A stretch of DNA of 63,314 nt, counting the filler, from Octopus bimaculoides (taxonomy: Eukaryota), in the NCBI RefSeq assembly GCF_001194135.2. It is 5 parts of 4 records of this genome, joined end to end, with 100 filler letters (N's around TTAATTAATTAA, not from the genome) between each part and the next. Parts side by side here need not be neighbours in the genome. Positions count along the whole stretch, not along the records: positions 1 to 29,756 come from NC_068982.1; 4 more parts are not named here. One strand, written 5' to 3'. The notes below the pieces were generated by a model. The model did not search any database and had not been told where the DNA came from. It worked only from the letters and a program-made list of their open reading frames with translations. Below, piece after piece: positions 11,810 through 23,789 of the stretch; position 1 is the stretch's first letter; every line of letters starts with the position of its first letter. The position numbers and the translations under genes are program-made.

Positions 11810-12087
11810 CACCAGTTTCGGGATGCAGAGTATATAATTTTACAAATCCGGTCCTTTCCCAGCAAATTGGTAAGCTTTTGCAACTCCGCACGCGTCCCTA
11901 TTTTTGCTGCCGACTCTAACCTATCTGTGTTTAAATTCAACAACAACGACACTTTACATGTACGATTAGAGGGGTTACGGGTTCCTGAGGGCGCTGTCCT
12001 TCCTCTTTTGAATAATTATAACTGTAACATTCATGTATTCAGACATAAAGTAGAGACTAAATAGAATTGTTTATGGACTCGAATTGT

Positions 12088-12134
<47 letters not shown>

Positions 12135-12161
12135 ATATATATAACCCCTAACTCTCTCACG

Positions 12162-12203
<42 letters not shown>

Positions 12204-12448
12204 GTATATATACATATATACACACACACATATATATAGGCACACATGTACACATAAAACTATTTATCCATACACGTATGCATACACACACATACATATA
12301 CAAGTATGCTTGTGTATGTGCATCTGTACATATATATATACGCACATGCATATATATATATATATCTGGGGGAAATACCGAGATAATCGACAAACAGCAC
12401 GAGATTACTGCTGTTCAACTCCACCATATCATCTAAGACTGCCAAAAA

Positions 12449-12490
<42 letters not shown>

Positions 12491-12909
12491 TAGTAGTTGT
12501 AGTAGTTGTAGTAGTTGTAGTAGTAGTTTTTGTTGTTGTAGATATACCAAGATGGTGGAATATGTTCTCTGTATTTGGTGGATTAGAGTAAGAGAAGGAG
12601 AGACGATGACATGATACAGAGATACATTTAAAGATGCTTATGTGATGCCATCCATAATGACGCTTATGTATTTATATATGCATGTATATGCGTATATACA
12701 TACACACGAACACACGCGCGCACACATACAAGCTTACTGTTGTCATTTTTTAACTAAATATCTCTAATATATATATTTACGTAACAACACTTAGCTGTAG
12801 CTTCCGCAACATCTCCAGTATATGCATATATATATGCAATATACATGCACACCTACGCACGTACCTACCTACTTGTCCACCTACATACACGAATTACACA
12901 CGCACATAT

Positions 12910-12967
<58 letters not shown>

Positions 12968-12977
12968 NNNNNNNNNN

Positions 12978-13042
<65 letters not shown>

Positions 13043-13325
13043 ACGCATGGCCTAGTGGTTAGGGTGTTGCACATACAAACGTGAGATCGTGGTTTGAATT
13101 CCTCGTACGTTGTGTTCTTGAGCAAAGCACTTCATCTCACGTTGCTCTACGATCACTTCGACGCTTGTCGCGTGGTACACTGTGCAACTGTTCAGATAAC
13201 GTCAGTTTGATGGGGAGAGGGAGATAATGTGCAGTACGAGCATTTGATCACCATAGACAAATCATGTTTGCAGATCGTTCGGCAAAAGCTGAACGCTCAT
13301 ACGTTTTTCATGGACGGGATATTCC
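13043..13325 (+). mobile_element. tRNA-derived SINE, family C-related head
   Basis: gcatggcctagtggttagggtg...gtttgaattcc (A and B boxes), then ttgtgttcttgagcaaagcacttcatctcacgttgct. Confidence 0.8.
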
Positions 13326-13965
13326 CTCATATATATATNNNNNNNNNNNNNNNNNNNNNNNNNNNNNNNNNNNNNNNNNNNNNNNNNNNNNNNNNNNNNN
13401 NNNNNNNNNNNNNNNNNNNNNNNNNNNNNNNNNNNNNNNNNNNNNNNNNNNNNNNNNNNNNNNNNNNNNNNNNNNNNNNNNNNNNNNNNNNNNNNNNNNN
13501 NNNNNNNNNNNNNNNNNNNNNNNNNNNNNNNNNNNNNNNNNNNNNNNNNNNNNNNNNNNNNNNNNNNNNNNNNNNNNNNNNNNNNNNNNNNNNNNNNNNN
13601 NNNNNNNNNNNNNNNNNNNNNNNNNNNNNNNNNNNNNNNNNNNNNNNNNNNNNNNNNNNNNNNNNNNNNNNNNNNNNNNNNNNNNNNNNNNNNNNNNNNN
13701 NNNNNNNNNNNNNNNNNNNNNNNNNNNNNNNNNNNNNNNNNNNNNNNNNNNNNNNNNNNNNNNNNNNNNNNNNNNNNNNNNNNNNNNNNNNNNNNNNNNN
13801 NNNNNNNNNNNNNNNNNNNNNNNNNNNNNNNNNNNNNNNNNNNNNNNNNNNNNNNNNNNNNNNNNNNNNNNNNNNNNNNNNNNNNNNNNNNNNNNNNNNN
13901 NNNNNNNNNNNNNNNNNNNNNNNNNNNNNNNNGTGTGTGTGTGTGTATGTATGTACGCATGTATA

Positions 13966-14416
13966 TCATTATTTCTTTGTTGTTCAAGATTTCTTGCAAA
14001 TAGAGAAAGAACCGGTCTCTGAGCTTGAGTCAAGTCTCCTTCATTAAAATTCAACAATATCAACAGGGTATTTTTGTATGTATGTATGTATGTATGTATA
14101 TGAGCAGATTTGTATGTTTTGTTTTATGTATGTATTCTCATGCATATAGTTGCATATCAAGACAAGCTCATATATGCCTAAATGATAAACTTCTGAAAAG
14201 TTTTACAGACTTTTACAGTATCAGTGATGGATTGGATCTGTAGTCTCCGAATCAGCTTTCTGGTTTTGAAAAGCCTAATTTCTCAAGATTGGTATTTAGG
14301 CAGTGTGTTATATATCCCAGTGCCCCAATAATTACTGGTATAAACCTAAACGTGTAATCTGGATAGCGTAATTGCAGATTTCTCAATAGTTCAGCATAGG
14401 TATTTTCTTTTTCGCT
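13966..14416 (-). mobile_element. R4/Dong-like RLE LINE 3' end (copy 3)
   Basis: Minus strand reads SEKENTYAELLRNLQLRYPDYTFRFIPVIIGALGYITHCLNTNLEKLGFSKPE / RKLIRRLQIQSITDTVKVCKTFQKFII*, the RLE C-terminal EK..Y..L...L......IPVIIGALG motif. Flanked by (TATG)n. Confidence 0.85.
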
Positions 14417-14599
14417 TTGTATGTATGTATGTATGTATGTATGTATGTATGTATGTATGTATGCATGTATATATGGAAGTGTGTGGGGGGGGGTATACAC
14501 AAAATACACGTCTGTGTGAGTGAACATAAGAAGAATTCAGCATATTTAATTGAAATTACATGTATTAAAACGAGTCTGATATAAGTCCACATCACTTAA

Positions 14600-16250
14600 T
14601 GTTTTGTGGGTGTAGAACAGATCAACATCATCAGATGTTCAGAACATCTGGGGAACTGGACGAATAATGATACCCATCAAATTTTGATTCCTCAAGTTGA
14701 CTCTACCCACGCATTATCGATGAACTGCATCATTCGTTGGCTTATGTATCCATCCGAAACAGCTCTAGCAGAGATCTAGATTCTCTTTTTTTCCACGGTA
14801 GCAGTAATCTAGACCATAAAAATGCGTAGCGGTAGTAACATTATGTCTCTTCTTGAGCTTCAAGAATACAGTTAGATTCATCACCTCTTCATTACCGTTA
14901 TAGATTAGAATGGGAAAAGGGTACACTCCATCATGATGCCTATTTCCAGGTCTGTTAGTGGCAAATTCCTTAGAGATAAACAGCACGACTGTTGATCCAA
15001 GTACTTCATTAGACGTACTCTCACGTAACGCAAAAGGAGAAAAAAAATGAAATCCAATATTTTGTGAAATAATCCATCAGGAATGGATTGATCTGTATAT
15101 GTTTAGTCTATGCAGATAACCAGAAAGTCTTTTATTCCCTTCACAGAATGCTGAATGAAGCGCTAAATCATCTGATCATACCCAGGTCAGTGTAGATCTC
15201 CATGGACACCGGGTTCCTGAATTGTTCTATTCCATTCAAAATATTGATTCTCTTTATGTCAGTCCTCCATACATCATAAACGATATTATTCGATACGTTG
15301 GAGAAGGTCTCCAGAAACCATCTTACACTCGACGTTGCGGAAAGCAATCTAGACGGAACTGATGTCTTAATAGTTTACCCACTTAAACATGGATGTTCTG
15401 TTGGAACAAATGGTACTGCAGTAGATACGATGAAAGAAGCTCTCGTATTTGCCTTTGGTGTAAAATTCACTCTTGTTTATACCGCTTGTGGAAAGATAAA
15501 TCTTGGTGCTGAAGATGGTGGGGATTTAACTGTCCGCTAGTGCTATAAAGAAGAGTGCACATTGCATCAAAAGCCAATATGAGAGTTTCTCTCACGGTTT
15601 CTACCGCAGTAAAGTTTGTTCTAACAGAACATTCACATTTAAATGGGGTAAATATTACCTTTCAGTATTAATGTTTCCTTTGTCGCTAATATATATTGTT
15701 GAATTGATATTTTAATCTCTTGCATACCATTTGCCTTGCACCATTCATGCAGTTTATGCTCACTTTTATCGTCTCATCAATATTCTGAGGACGCGATGAC
15801 AGTGTTTGTAAATCTTAACTGACGAAGCAATATGGTCTGGGTACCCTTGGATCAAGGACATATCAAGGCCATCTTCACAAATAATTCAATGATTGTTTGA
15901 CAGACTCGTGGGAGGAATTCTTCGCAGATTACATGTAGCGATATGTATTGACGGGGTCCGATCAATGCATAAATAACTCTCAAATTCTTCATTAGATATC
16001 TTTAAATCGGTCAGTCTGTGTTGGTTAAGCAAGATTTTCCCAATCCGAAATTTGTGGATATTGCACAGCATGCTAAGGCTTTTTCGAGCTCGCTTCCTTA
16101 GATGTGTTTAAAACATTCATGAGAATTCTGTCCCTGACTCTTATCTCAGATTTGATTTCTACTGTTGAGGTAATTTCTTTGACTTGTGTTGAGGTCGCAT
16201 TCGAGTCTTATTTTTCCACATTCTTATTCTTTACATTTCTGGTCTTTCTT
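14600..16250 (-). mobile_element. Hero-like RLE non-LTR retrotransposon, degenerate RT fragment, interrupted by a foldback element
   Basis: Frameshifted peptides in correct order: RKRARK...HKF..KILLNQHR..LKISNEEFESYL, KIYKHCHRVLRIL, NGIEQFRNPVS, KDFLVICID*TYTDQSIPDGLFHKILDF, DLEIGIMMECTLFP, LLPLRIFMV*IT. These fit Hero-type motifs (I.QFR.ISL; DL.V+WLDL.NAYGS+PH; LE.GI..GCTISP; P+RAFMDD+T). Confidence 0.7.
15366..15765. mobile_element. Foldback/MITE-like insertion
   Basis: Arms at ~15368-15460 and ~15567-15659 are inverted repeats at roughly 70% identity. Interrupts the Hero-like RT; related to 7870-8025. Confidence 0.7.
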
Positions 16251-16398
16251 TTACTGGAAGGGGTTTTATTGACTCTTGTTTAGTTTCACCATTACATCCT
16301 CAGCACTTTTCAGGAATACTCGAGGTAAATGCGTTTGCTTTCATATGTATATATATATTCATACATACACATGCACTATCAAGTGTGCGCAAACACAT

Positions 16399-16441
<43 letters not shown>

Positions 16442-16875
16442 CACAGCACATACACACCCACTCACAGACATGTATATACACATGATTTTATATATATATA
16501 NNNNNNNNNNNNNNNNNNNNNNNNNNNNNNNNNNNNNNNNNNNNNNNNNNNNNNNNNNNNNNNNNNNNNNNNNNNNNNNNNNNNNNNNNNNNNNNNNNNN
16601 NNNNNNNNNNNNNNNNNNNNNNNNNNNNNNNNNNNNNNNNNNNNNNNNNNNNNNNNNNNNNNNNNNNNNNATATATGCATGAATGTGTGCGTGTGTTATG
16701 CATGAAAATATAAACAACTGATATACTCCTAACTTTTCTTATATATTATGTATTGTTTTGTTATAAGGAAATATAAACGAATGTATGTATGTGTGTGTGT
16801 ACATATATACATGCATGCATACATACATATACATACACACAGACATATACACATACATACACGCACACACATATG

Positions 16876-16951
<76 letters not shown>

Positions 16952-19029
16952 TGTGTATATATATATACACATATATATATATATATATGCATGTATNNNN
17001 NNNNNNNNNNNNNNNNNNNNNNNNNNNNNNNNNNNNNNNNNNNNNNNNNNNNNNNNNNNNNNNNNNNNNNNNNNNNNNNNNNNNNNNNNNNNNNNNNNNN
17101 NNNNNNNNNNNNNNNNNNNNNNNNNNNNNNNNNNNNNNNNNNNNNNNNNNNNNNNNNNNNNNNNNNNNNNNNNNNNNNNNNNNNNNNNNNNNNNNNNNNN
17201 NNNNNNNNNNNNNNNNNNNNNNNNNNNNNNNNNNNNNNNNNNNNNNNNNNNNNNNNNNNNNNNNNNNNNNNNNNNNNNNNNNNNNNNNNNNNNNNNNNNN
17301 NNNNNNNNNNNNNNNNNNNNNNNNNNNNNNNNNNNNNNNNNNNNNNNNNNNNNNNNNNNNNNNNNNNNNNNNNNNNNNNNNNNNNNNNNNNNNNNNNNNN
17401 NNNNNNNNNNNNNNNNNNNNNNNNNNNNNNNNNNNNNNNNNNNNNNNNNNNNNNNNNNNNNNNNNNNNNNNNNNNNNNNNNNNNNNNNNNNNNNNNNNNN
17501 NNNNNNNNNNNNNNNNNNNNNNNNNNNNNNNNNNNNNNNNNNNNNNNNNNNNNNNNNNNNNNNNNNNNNNNNNNNNNNNNNNNNNNNNNNNNNNNNNNNN
17601 NNNNNNNNNNNNNNNNNNNNNNNNNNNNNNNNNNNNNNNNNNNNNNNNNNNNNNNNNNNNNNNNNNNNNNNNNNNNNNNNNNNNNNNNNNNNNNNNNNNN
17701 NNNNNNNNNNNNNNNNNNNNNNNNNNNNNNNNNNNNNNNNNNNNNNNNNNNNNNNNNNNNNNNNNNNNNNNNNNNNNNNNNNNNNNNNNNNNNNNNNNNN
17801 NNNNNNNNNNNNNNNNNNNNNNNNNNNNNNNNNNNNNNNNNNNNNNNNNNNNNNNNNNNNNNNNNNNNNNNNNNNNNNNNNNNNNNNNNNNNNNNNNNNN
17901 NNNNNNNNNNNNNNNNNNNNNNNNNNNNNNNNNNNNNNNNNNNNNNNNNNNTATATATATATATATATATATATATGTGCGTGTGTGTATATATTTGTGT
18001 GTGTATACATGCGTGTGCATGTATATATATTATATGTATATCTGTGTGTGTCTACATGTGTGTATGTGTGTGCATAGACGTTTGTTTGTGTATACACATA
18101 CAAATATATATACACAAACGCACATATATGTGTTTGTGCATGGATATATCCATATGTGTATATTCGGAAAGGTGATGTGTGTGCATTCCTGTATATATGT
18201 GTGTATTTGCGTATATGTATATGTGTATGTTTGTGTGTGTTTACTATGTAGGAATAAACTTTTATATAAATCTATGATGATACAAAATTTGTTTATTAAG
18301 TCATATAGATAAACATACCTATATTTATCTGTCTATATTTATATAGAAACACGATTATAAAATTTGTGTGTGCGTGTATATGTGTGTGTGTATGCGTGTG
18401 TATGTACATATGTATGCATGTGTATGTATATATGTAAGTATGTATATATATATATATATATATATGTAAGTATGTATATATATATANNNNNNNNNNGTAT
18501 GTATGTATGTATATATGTATGTATGTATACATGTATGTATGTATGTGTGTGTGTATGTATGAGCGATTGACAATACTTACGAAAGAAGGAGTGCTCAACG
18601 TATGCAGCAGAGTTTATTTATTCGGTAACTGGCATCGTTTTGTTGTCTGAACGACACTATGGTGCAAGAAACTGGAAGTATAACCATAGTTAGCAACATT
18701 TTCCTTTTGGTTTGTGTGTGTGTGTGTGCGTGTGTATGTGTCTCTCTCTGTCTGTGTGCGCGCGTGTGTGTGATTGATTATACAAACAGTAGGAACAGAA
18801 TTCAATACGTAAAGTAGGGTGCTTATGTTATATCTTTGCTGCTGAGCTGAGATGCTGCATCAGTGCTTCAAGAGCCGAGAATTTTGTACAAGCTCATATT
18901 TCATACTGATACTTAAATTATACCTTATATACTCTGTAGTTCAAATTTCAGCTTCAAAAGTGGTCAAAGACCAAAAGCTTGGAGCAAATATTCCTCTCTT
19001 ACCCTCTCTTACCTGTAGAGTAAAAAAAA

Positions 19030-19199
19030 ATGGCTATGTGGTAAGAAGCTTGCTTCCCAATCATATGATTCCGGGCTCAAGCCCACTTGTGCGCAGTCCT
19101 ACGTGGTATCTTGGGCAAGTGTCTTCTACTATAATCTCGGGCTGATCAAAGCCTTGTGAGTGAATTTAGTAGACGGAAACTGACTGAAAGAAGTCCGTC
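19030..19199 (+). mobile_element. tRNA-derived SINE, family B
   Basis: tggctatgtggtaagaagcttgcttcccaa...cttgggcaagtgtcttctacta...gccttgtgagtgaattt.gtagacggaaactga..aagaagtccgtc. Confidence 0.9.
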
Positions 19200-20227
19200 A
19201 NNNNNNNNNNNNNNNNNNNNNNNNNNNNNNNNNNNNNNNNNNNNNNNNNNNNNNNNNNNNNNNNNNNNNNNNNNNNNNNNNNNNNNNNNNNNNNNNNNNN
19301 NNNNNNNNNNNNNNNNNNNNNNNNNNNNNNNNNNNNNNNNNNNNNNNNNNNNNNNNNNNNNNNNNNNNNNNNNNNNNNNNNNNNNNNNNNNNNNNNNNNN
19401 NNNNNNNNNNNNNNNNNNNNNNNNNNNNNNNNNNNNNNNNNNNNNNNNNNNNNNNNNNNNNNNNNNNNNNNNNNNNNNNNNNNNNNNNNNNNNNNNNNNN
19501 NNNNNNNNNNNNNNNNNNNNNNNNNNNNNNNNNNNNNNNNNNNNNNNNNNNNNNNNNNNNNNNNNNNNNNGCCCCAGCATGGCCGCAGTTTAATTATCGT
19601 AAAAAGTAAGAGAATAAAAGAAAAAAAGATAAAGGTATTTTCACACCTCCAAATTTCCTGTGCGTATGCATTCAATAGATTGAAAGATGGCTTCGAGACT
19701 ATTTTAATGGTTCTTTTTGTAGAATTGAAGGTTGACATGAACGTATTTTGCAGCTTAATGAGCGTCCAAAGTATTTTCCATAATTTCGAATTGTTCCTGA
19801 AATCTAATTGCATTCATGCTCAAATGAACCACATTAATAGCATCAAGGTATGCCTGGACTCCTATAAAAATCAAACTTCTAGCACATGTATTTAACGAAA
19901 TGATGAAACCCAAAGATTACTTATGAACAATAAAATTCTTACAGCAAATATAACAAATTAAACAGAAACCACCTGATAAAATTCAACAAAGCTTTAACTG
20001 TCAAAGCAGTAAAATATCTTTAAAACCCCATCTTGTCCACCACTGCCATCACCCTATAAACGTTTGCCTTTTCCTTCTTCTTCTCTGTGCTCTTATTCCC
20101 TTTCTTAACTCCTTATTCTACAACTTCTGTATCACTGCAATCTCGTTACTTCCGTCCAGCCAGTTAAACTGTCAATAATTATACATACGTACACACACAC
20201 ACACACACACACATACACACACATTTT

Positions 20228-20400
20228 TTTTTTACTTGTTTCAGTCATTTGGTTGGGGTCATGCTGGAATACTGCCTTTAGTTGAACAAATCGACCCCAG
20301 GACTTATTCTATCGGTCTCGTCGGTCGAACCGCTAAGTTACGGGGACGTAACACACCAATATTAGTTGTCAAACGATGGAGGGTGGATAAACACAAACGC
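20228..20400 (+). mobile_element. Octopus-type interspersed repeat, family D
   Basis: tttacttgtttcagtcattt..ggtcatgctgga...aaatcgaccccaggacttattct...aaccgctaagttacggggacgtaacacacca. Further pieces at 9590-9650, 27520-27602, 28178-28240 and 46400-46548 (minus). Confidence 0.85.
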
Positions 20401-20439
20401 AAAGACGCACGCACACGTACACATGTACACATATATATT

Positions 20440-20522
20440 ACAGGCTTCTTCCAGTTTCCATCTATCAAATCCACTCACAAGGCCTTGGTGGGCCCGAGGC
20501 TATAGTAGATGACACTTGCCTA
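20440..20522 (-). mobile_element. SINE family B, 3' half
   Basis: ggcttcttccagtttccatctatcaaatccactcacaaggccttggtgggcccgaggctatagtagatgacacttgcc. Confidence 0.85.
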
Positions 20523-20896
20523 GGGCGTTACTAATTGTATCGCCTTAACTATTAAAATAAATTACAGCAGTTTGACTGGCAGTAATTTATCTATCTATCT
20601 ATTTATTTTATTCTTATTTATGTTCTGTTGAGAAGATACAGAAGGCCATAAGCGGCCTGGTGCCACTTATATCAGTCTTCTTCCCCACACCCTTTATTTA
20701 CTGGTTCGTTTTCTTCTTTATTTACTTACCCCCTGTAATGGTCTTAACGTTTGCCCTTGTCATTGAAATGTTATGCCATGTTTTGTATTAAAAATTAATC
20801 TATCGATGTGGTGTAATTTGTTTGTTGATCAAAAGTTTTCTCCATTTTCTGATTATGTGTGTGTGTTTGTATATATATATATATATATATATATGA

Positions 20897-21205
20897 GGAC
20901 TCCATCTGTTACGACGATGAGGGTCCCAGGTGATACGATCAATGGAACAGCTTGCTCGTAAAATTAACGTGCAAGCCACTGAGCACTCCACAGATACGTG
21001 TGCTCTTAACGTAGCTCTTAGGGAGATTCAGCATGACACAGTGTGACAAGGCTGGCCCTTTGAAATACAGGTACAACACATCTTTGCTAGCTGAGGAGAC
21101 TGGAGCAACGTGAAATAAAGTGTTTTGCTCAAGGACACAACTCGTCGCCGGGAATTGAACTCTCGACCTTACGATCGAGAGCCGAATACCCTAGCCACTA
21201 AGCAA
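20897..21205 (-). mobile_element. SINE family C
   Basis: Homologous to 5817-6130; tRNA-like head at 21150-21205 on the minus strand. Confidence 0.9.
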
Positions 21206-21589
21206 CGTAATTTTACTATATATATATAAATACATACATNNNNNNNNNNNNNNNNNNNNNNNNNNNNNNNNNNNNNNNNNNNNNNNNNNNNNNNNNNNNN
21301 NNNNNNNNNNNNNNNNNNNNNNNNNNNNNNNNNNNNNNNNNNNNNNNNNNNNNNNNNNNNNNNNNNNNNNNNNNNNNNNNNNNNNNNNNNNNNNNNNNNN
21401 NNNNNNNNNNNNNNNNNNNNNNNNNNNNNNNNNNNNNNNNNNNNNNNNNNNNNNNNNNNNNNNNNNNNNNNNNNNNNNNNNNNNNNNNNNNNNNNNNNNN
21501 NNNNNNNNNNNNNNNNNNNNNNNNNNNNNNNNNNNNNNNNNNNNNNNNNNNNNNNNNNNNNNNNNNNNNNNNNNNNNNNNNNNNNNNNN

Positions 21590-21657
<68 letters not shown>

Positions 21658-21966
21658 CACATATAATATATAATTGCTTAGGTCACGTTGCTTGGGACTT
21701 CATTTTTCTCCTCTTGCCTACCTTGCCGAACAAACTGCGTATAAGTGAAACTTGAATTTAGTGTAAGCTTAATTTGACTCTTCCTTAGAAGTTCAATCAT
21801 AATTGTTGAGATAGCTGGAAGTTCTCTCTCGATTTTTCACACAATGGTTGCTGCGTCACGGAATGGCTGCCAAAAAGATCTTTAATTAAATTTCAAGAGA
21901 GCACTAACATACGCACACATGCCGTTCCCACGCACGAATACATACACTTGCGTGTGTGTGTGTTTA

Positions 21967-22182
21967 CGAAGGGGTGCTGAAAAGTTCCTGGCTTTAAGGG
22001 AATTACGAAAGGCCTGGTTGGAGGCCTAAACTTCTGAGTTCTTTTACAGGGCTTAGGAAAACTGAAGGATCGCTGCAACAAGTGTGTGAATCTGAGAGGA
22101 GAATATGATGAACAAAATCATAATTATCTGATCCTCCTGTATTTTCTTTTACGCAAAGTCAGGAACTTTTCAGTACCCCCTG
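21967..22182 (+). mobile_element. Mariner-derived MITE (216 bp) with TIRs and TA TSD
   Basis: TA|cgaaggggtgctgaaaagttcctggcttt ... aaagtcaggaacttttcagtaccccctg|TA. Interior encodes GL.KLKDRCNKCVNLRGEY, the mariner transposase C-terminus. Confidence 0.9.
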
Positions 22183-22546
22183 TACACACACACACACACA
22201 AACACGCACACACACATACACATATACATATATATATATAAAACACACACCTATACTCATATGACCATCCATGTATTATACTTAATATATATAGATTAAT
22301 GCATATAGATCGTCCTAAGATAATATCTATTATGCACCTGTTATTTTGCAGCATTAATGAATCTTTTACTCAGTTTTACCTATATCGGTAGGTGACAAAT
22401 TCTTGTCCAAGCTTGTGACTGGCTGTGAAGATGCTTCATTGAAATGGTTCTAAAATGCCAAAATGTATTTGGCCTTCTCACATGTCCATAAAAGATGTTA
22501 TCTCGGAACAAATTATATGGTAACTGGCCTATCAACAGTGTATATA

Positions 22547-22774
22547 TTGGGTTGTCCGGAAAGTTCGTGCCGATTTTTAAAGGAAAGAAAAAGGTCAGTA
22601 AATACTTGCCATTACATTTTTAATCAACCAAATATGAACCATTTTGTTGCACAATGTGTCTCCATCTTTCCTTTAACCTAAAAATACCCTCTTCCCAGAA
22701 TTGAGGTGGTTTCATGGCAAATAAGTCGAAAGGTAAGCTACTATAAATCGGCATGAACTTTCCGGACAACCCAA
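22547..22774 (-). mobile_element. Second mariner-derived MITE (228 bp) with TIRs and TA TSD
   Basis: TA|ttgggttgtccggaaagttcgtgccgattt ... aaatcggcatgaactttccggacaacccaa|TA. Interior (minus) reads EGIFRLKERWRHIVQQNGSY, the mariner C-terminus. Confidence 0.9.
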
Positions 22775-23356
22775 TACATTAGGTATGATATGTAAATGGC
22801 TATATTTAATTTAATACTGACTCATTGCGTATATCCGATAAACACATGCGCGCACAGATACGCGCGCGCGTACATTTATACACATACACACGCACAAACA
22901 TATACACACACACACATATACGCGTAAACACGCACGTTTTTGTGAGGGAAATTACAACTGCTCTTGAAGGCCCTGCTCTGTAGCTGTCATCGAACAGTAC
23001 ATTACTTTGGTTTTGCCATTCTTATATCGTTTTTTGGGTACATTTTGAGACAGGAACCATGTGGCTACAAATTGGAAGCGGTGTAATTGTATATTCTTAT
23101 TATATAAAAAGAAATATCTTTATAAATGGTTTTATTGAGTGAATGGGTAAAAATTATTGTGTAGGGAGAAAGAGGAAGTAGTAGAATAAAAAATAGTTAA
23201 CAGTTCGTTGAAGGCTACATCATCGAAAGTTCGAGGTAACTCTCAAGTTTCCTTTGTAAAAATAAAATATGCAGAGTAGTCTACAAAACATATTGAGTGA
23301 TTTCTTGATTATATATATAATTATGCATAAAAGCAAGCATTAATATTTGTGTTTAT

Positions 23357-23789
23357 TAGCCGGTTAACTGGCACCGGGTAAAATGCTTAGAAACATTCCA
23401 TCCGTCTTTACGTTCTGCGTTCAAATGCTGCCGAGGTCGACTTTATCTTTCATTCTTTTGGAGGTCGATAAAATAGGTGTCAGTTGAACACTTGGGTCGA
23501 TGTAATCAACTTGGTCTCTCATCCCATATCACTAGCCTTCTGCCAAAATTTGAAGCCAATATATATGTGTACATATTAGGCGAGCTGGTAGAATTGTTAG
23601 CGTGCCGGAGAAAGTGCTTAAGAATACTTCCCCCGAGTTTACGTCCTGATATCAAATGCGCTGGGGTTGACTTTGCCTTTCATCCTTTCGAGCTCGATAA
23701 AGTAAGTACCAGTTGAACACTAAGTAAATAAAATAGACTCACCCCACTCCGTCGAAAATGTTGGCCTTGTGCCAAAATTTGAAACCAAT
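23357..23789 (+). mobile_element. Two head-to-tail SINE family A copies
   Basis: Copies at 23357-23558 and 23578-23789, each ending gcc.t.tgccaaaatttgaa.ccaat. Confidence 0.85.

Noticed and set aside
11699-12064. 121-aa plus-strand ORF (VIAV..IPE repeats)
   Set aside because: Produced by the 30-33 bp tandem repeat; no recognisable domain.
15147-15185. Apparent 39-nt plus-strand exon (cccttcacag|...CCCAG|gtcagt) and following ORF
   Set aside because: Lies antisense within the Hero-like RT relic; splice-like motifs are probably incidental.
5817-21205. tRNA-like sequences with A/B boxes
   Set aside because: They are SINE heads continuing into SINE bodies and lack complete cloverleaves.
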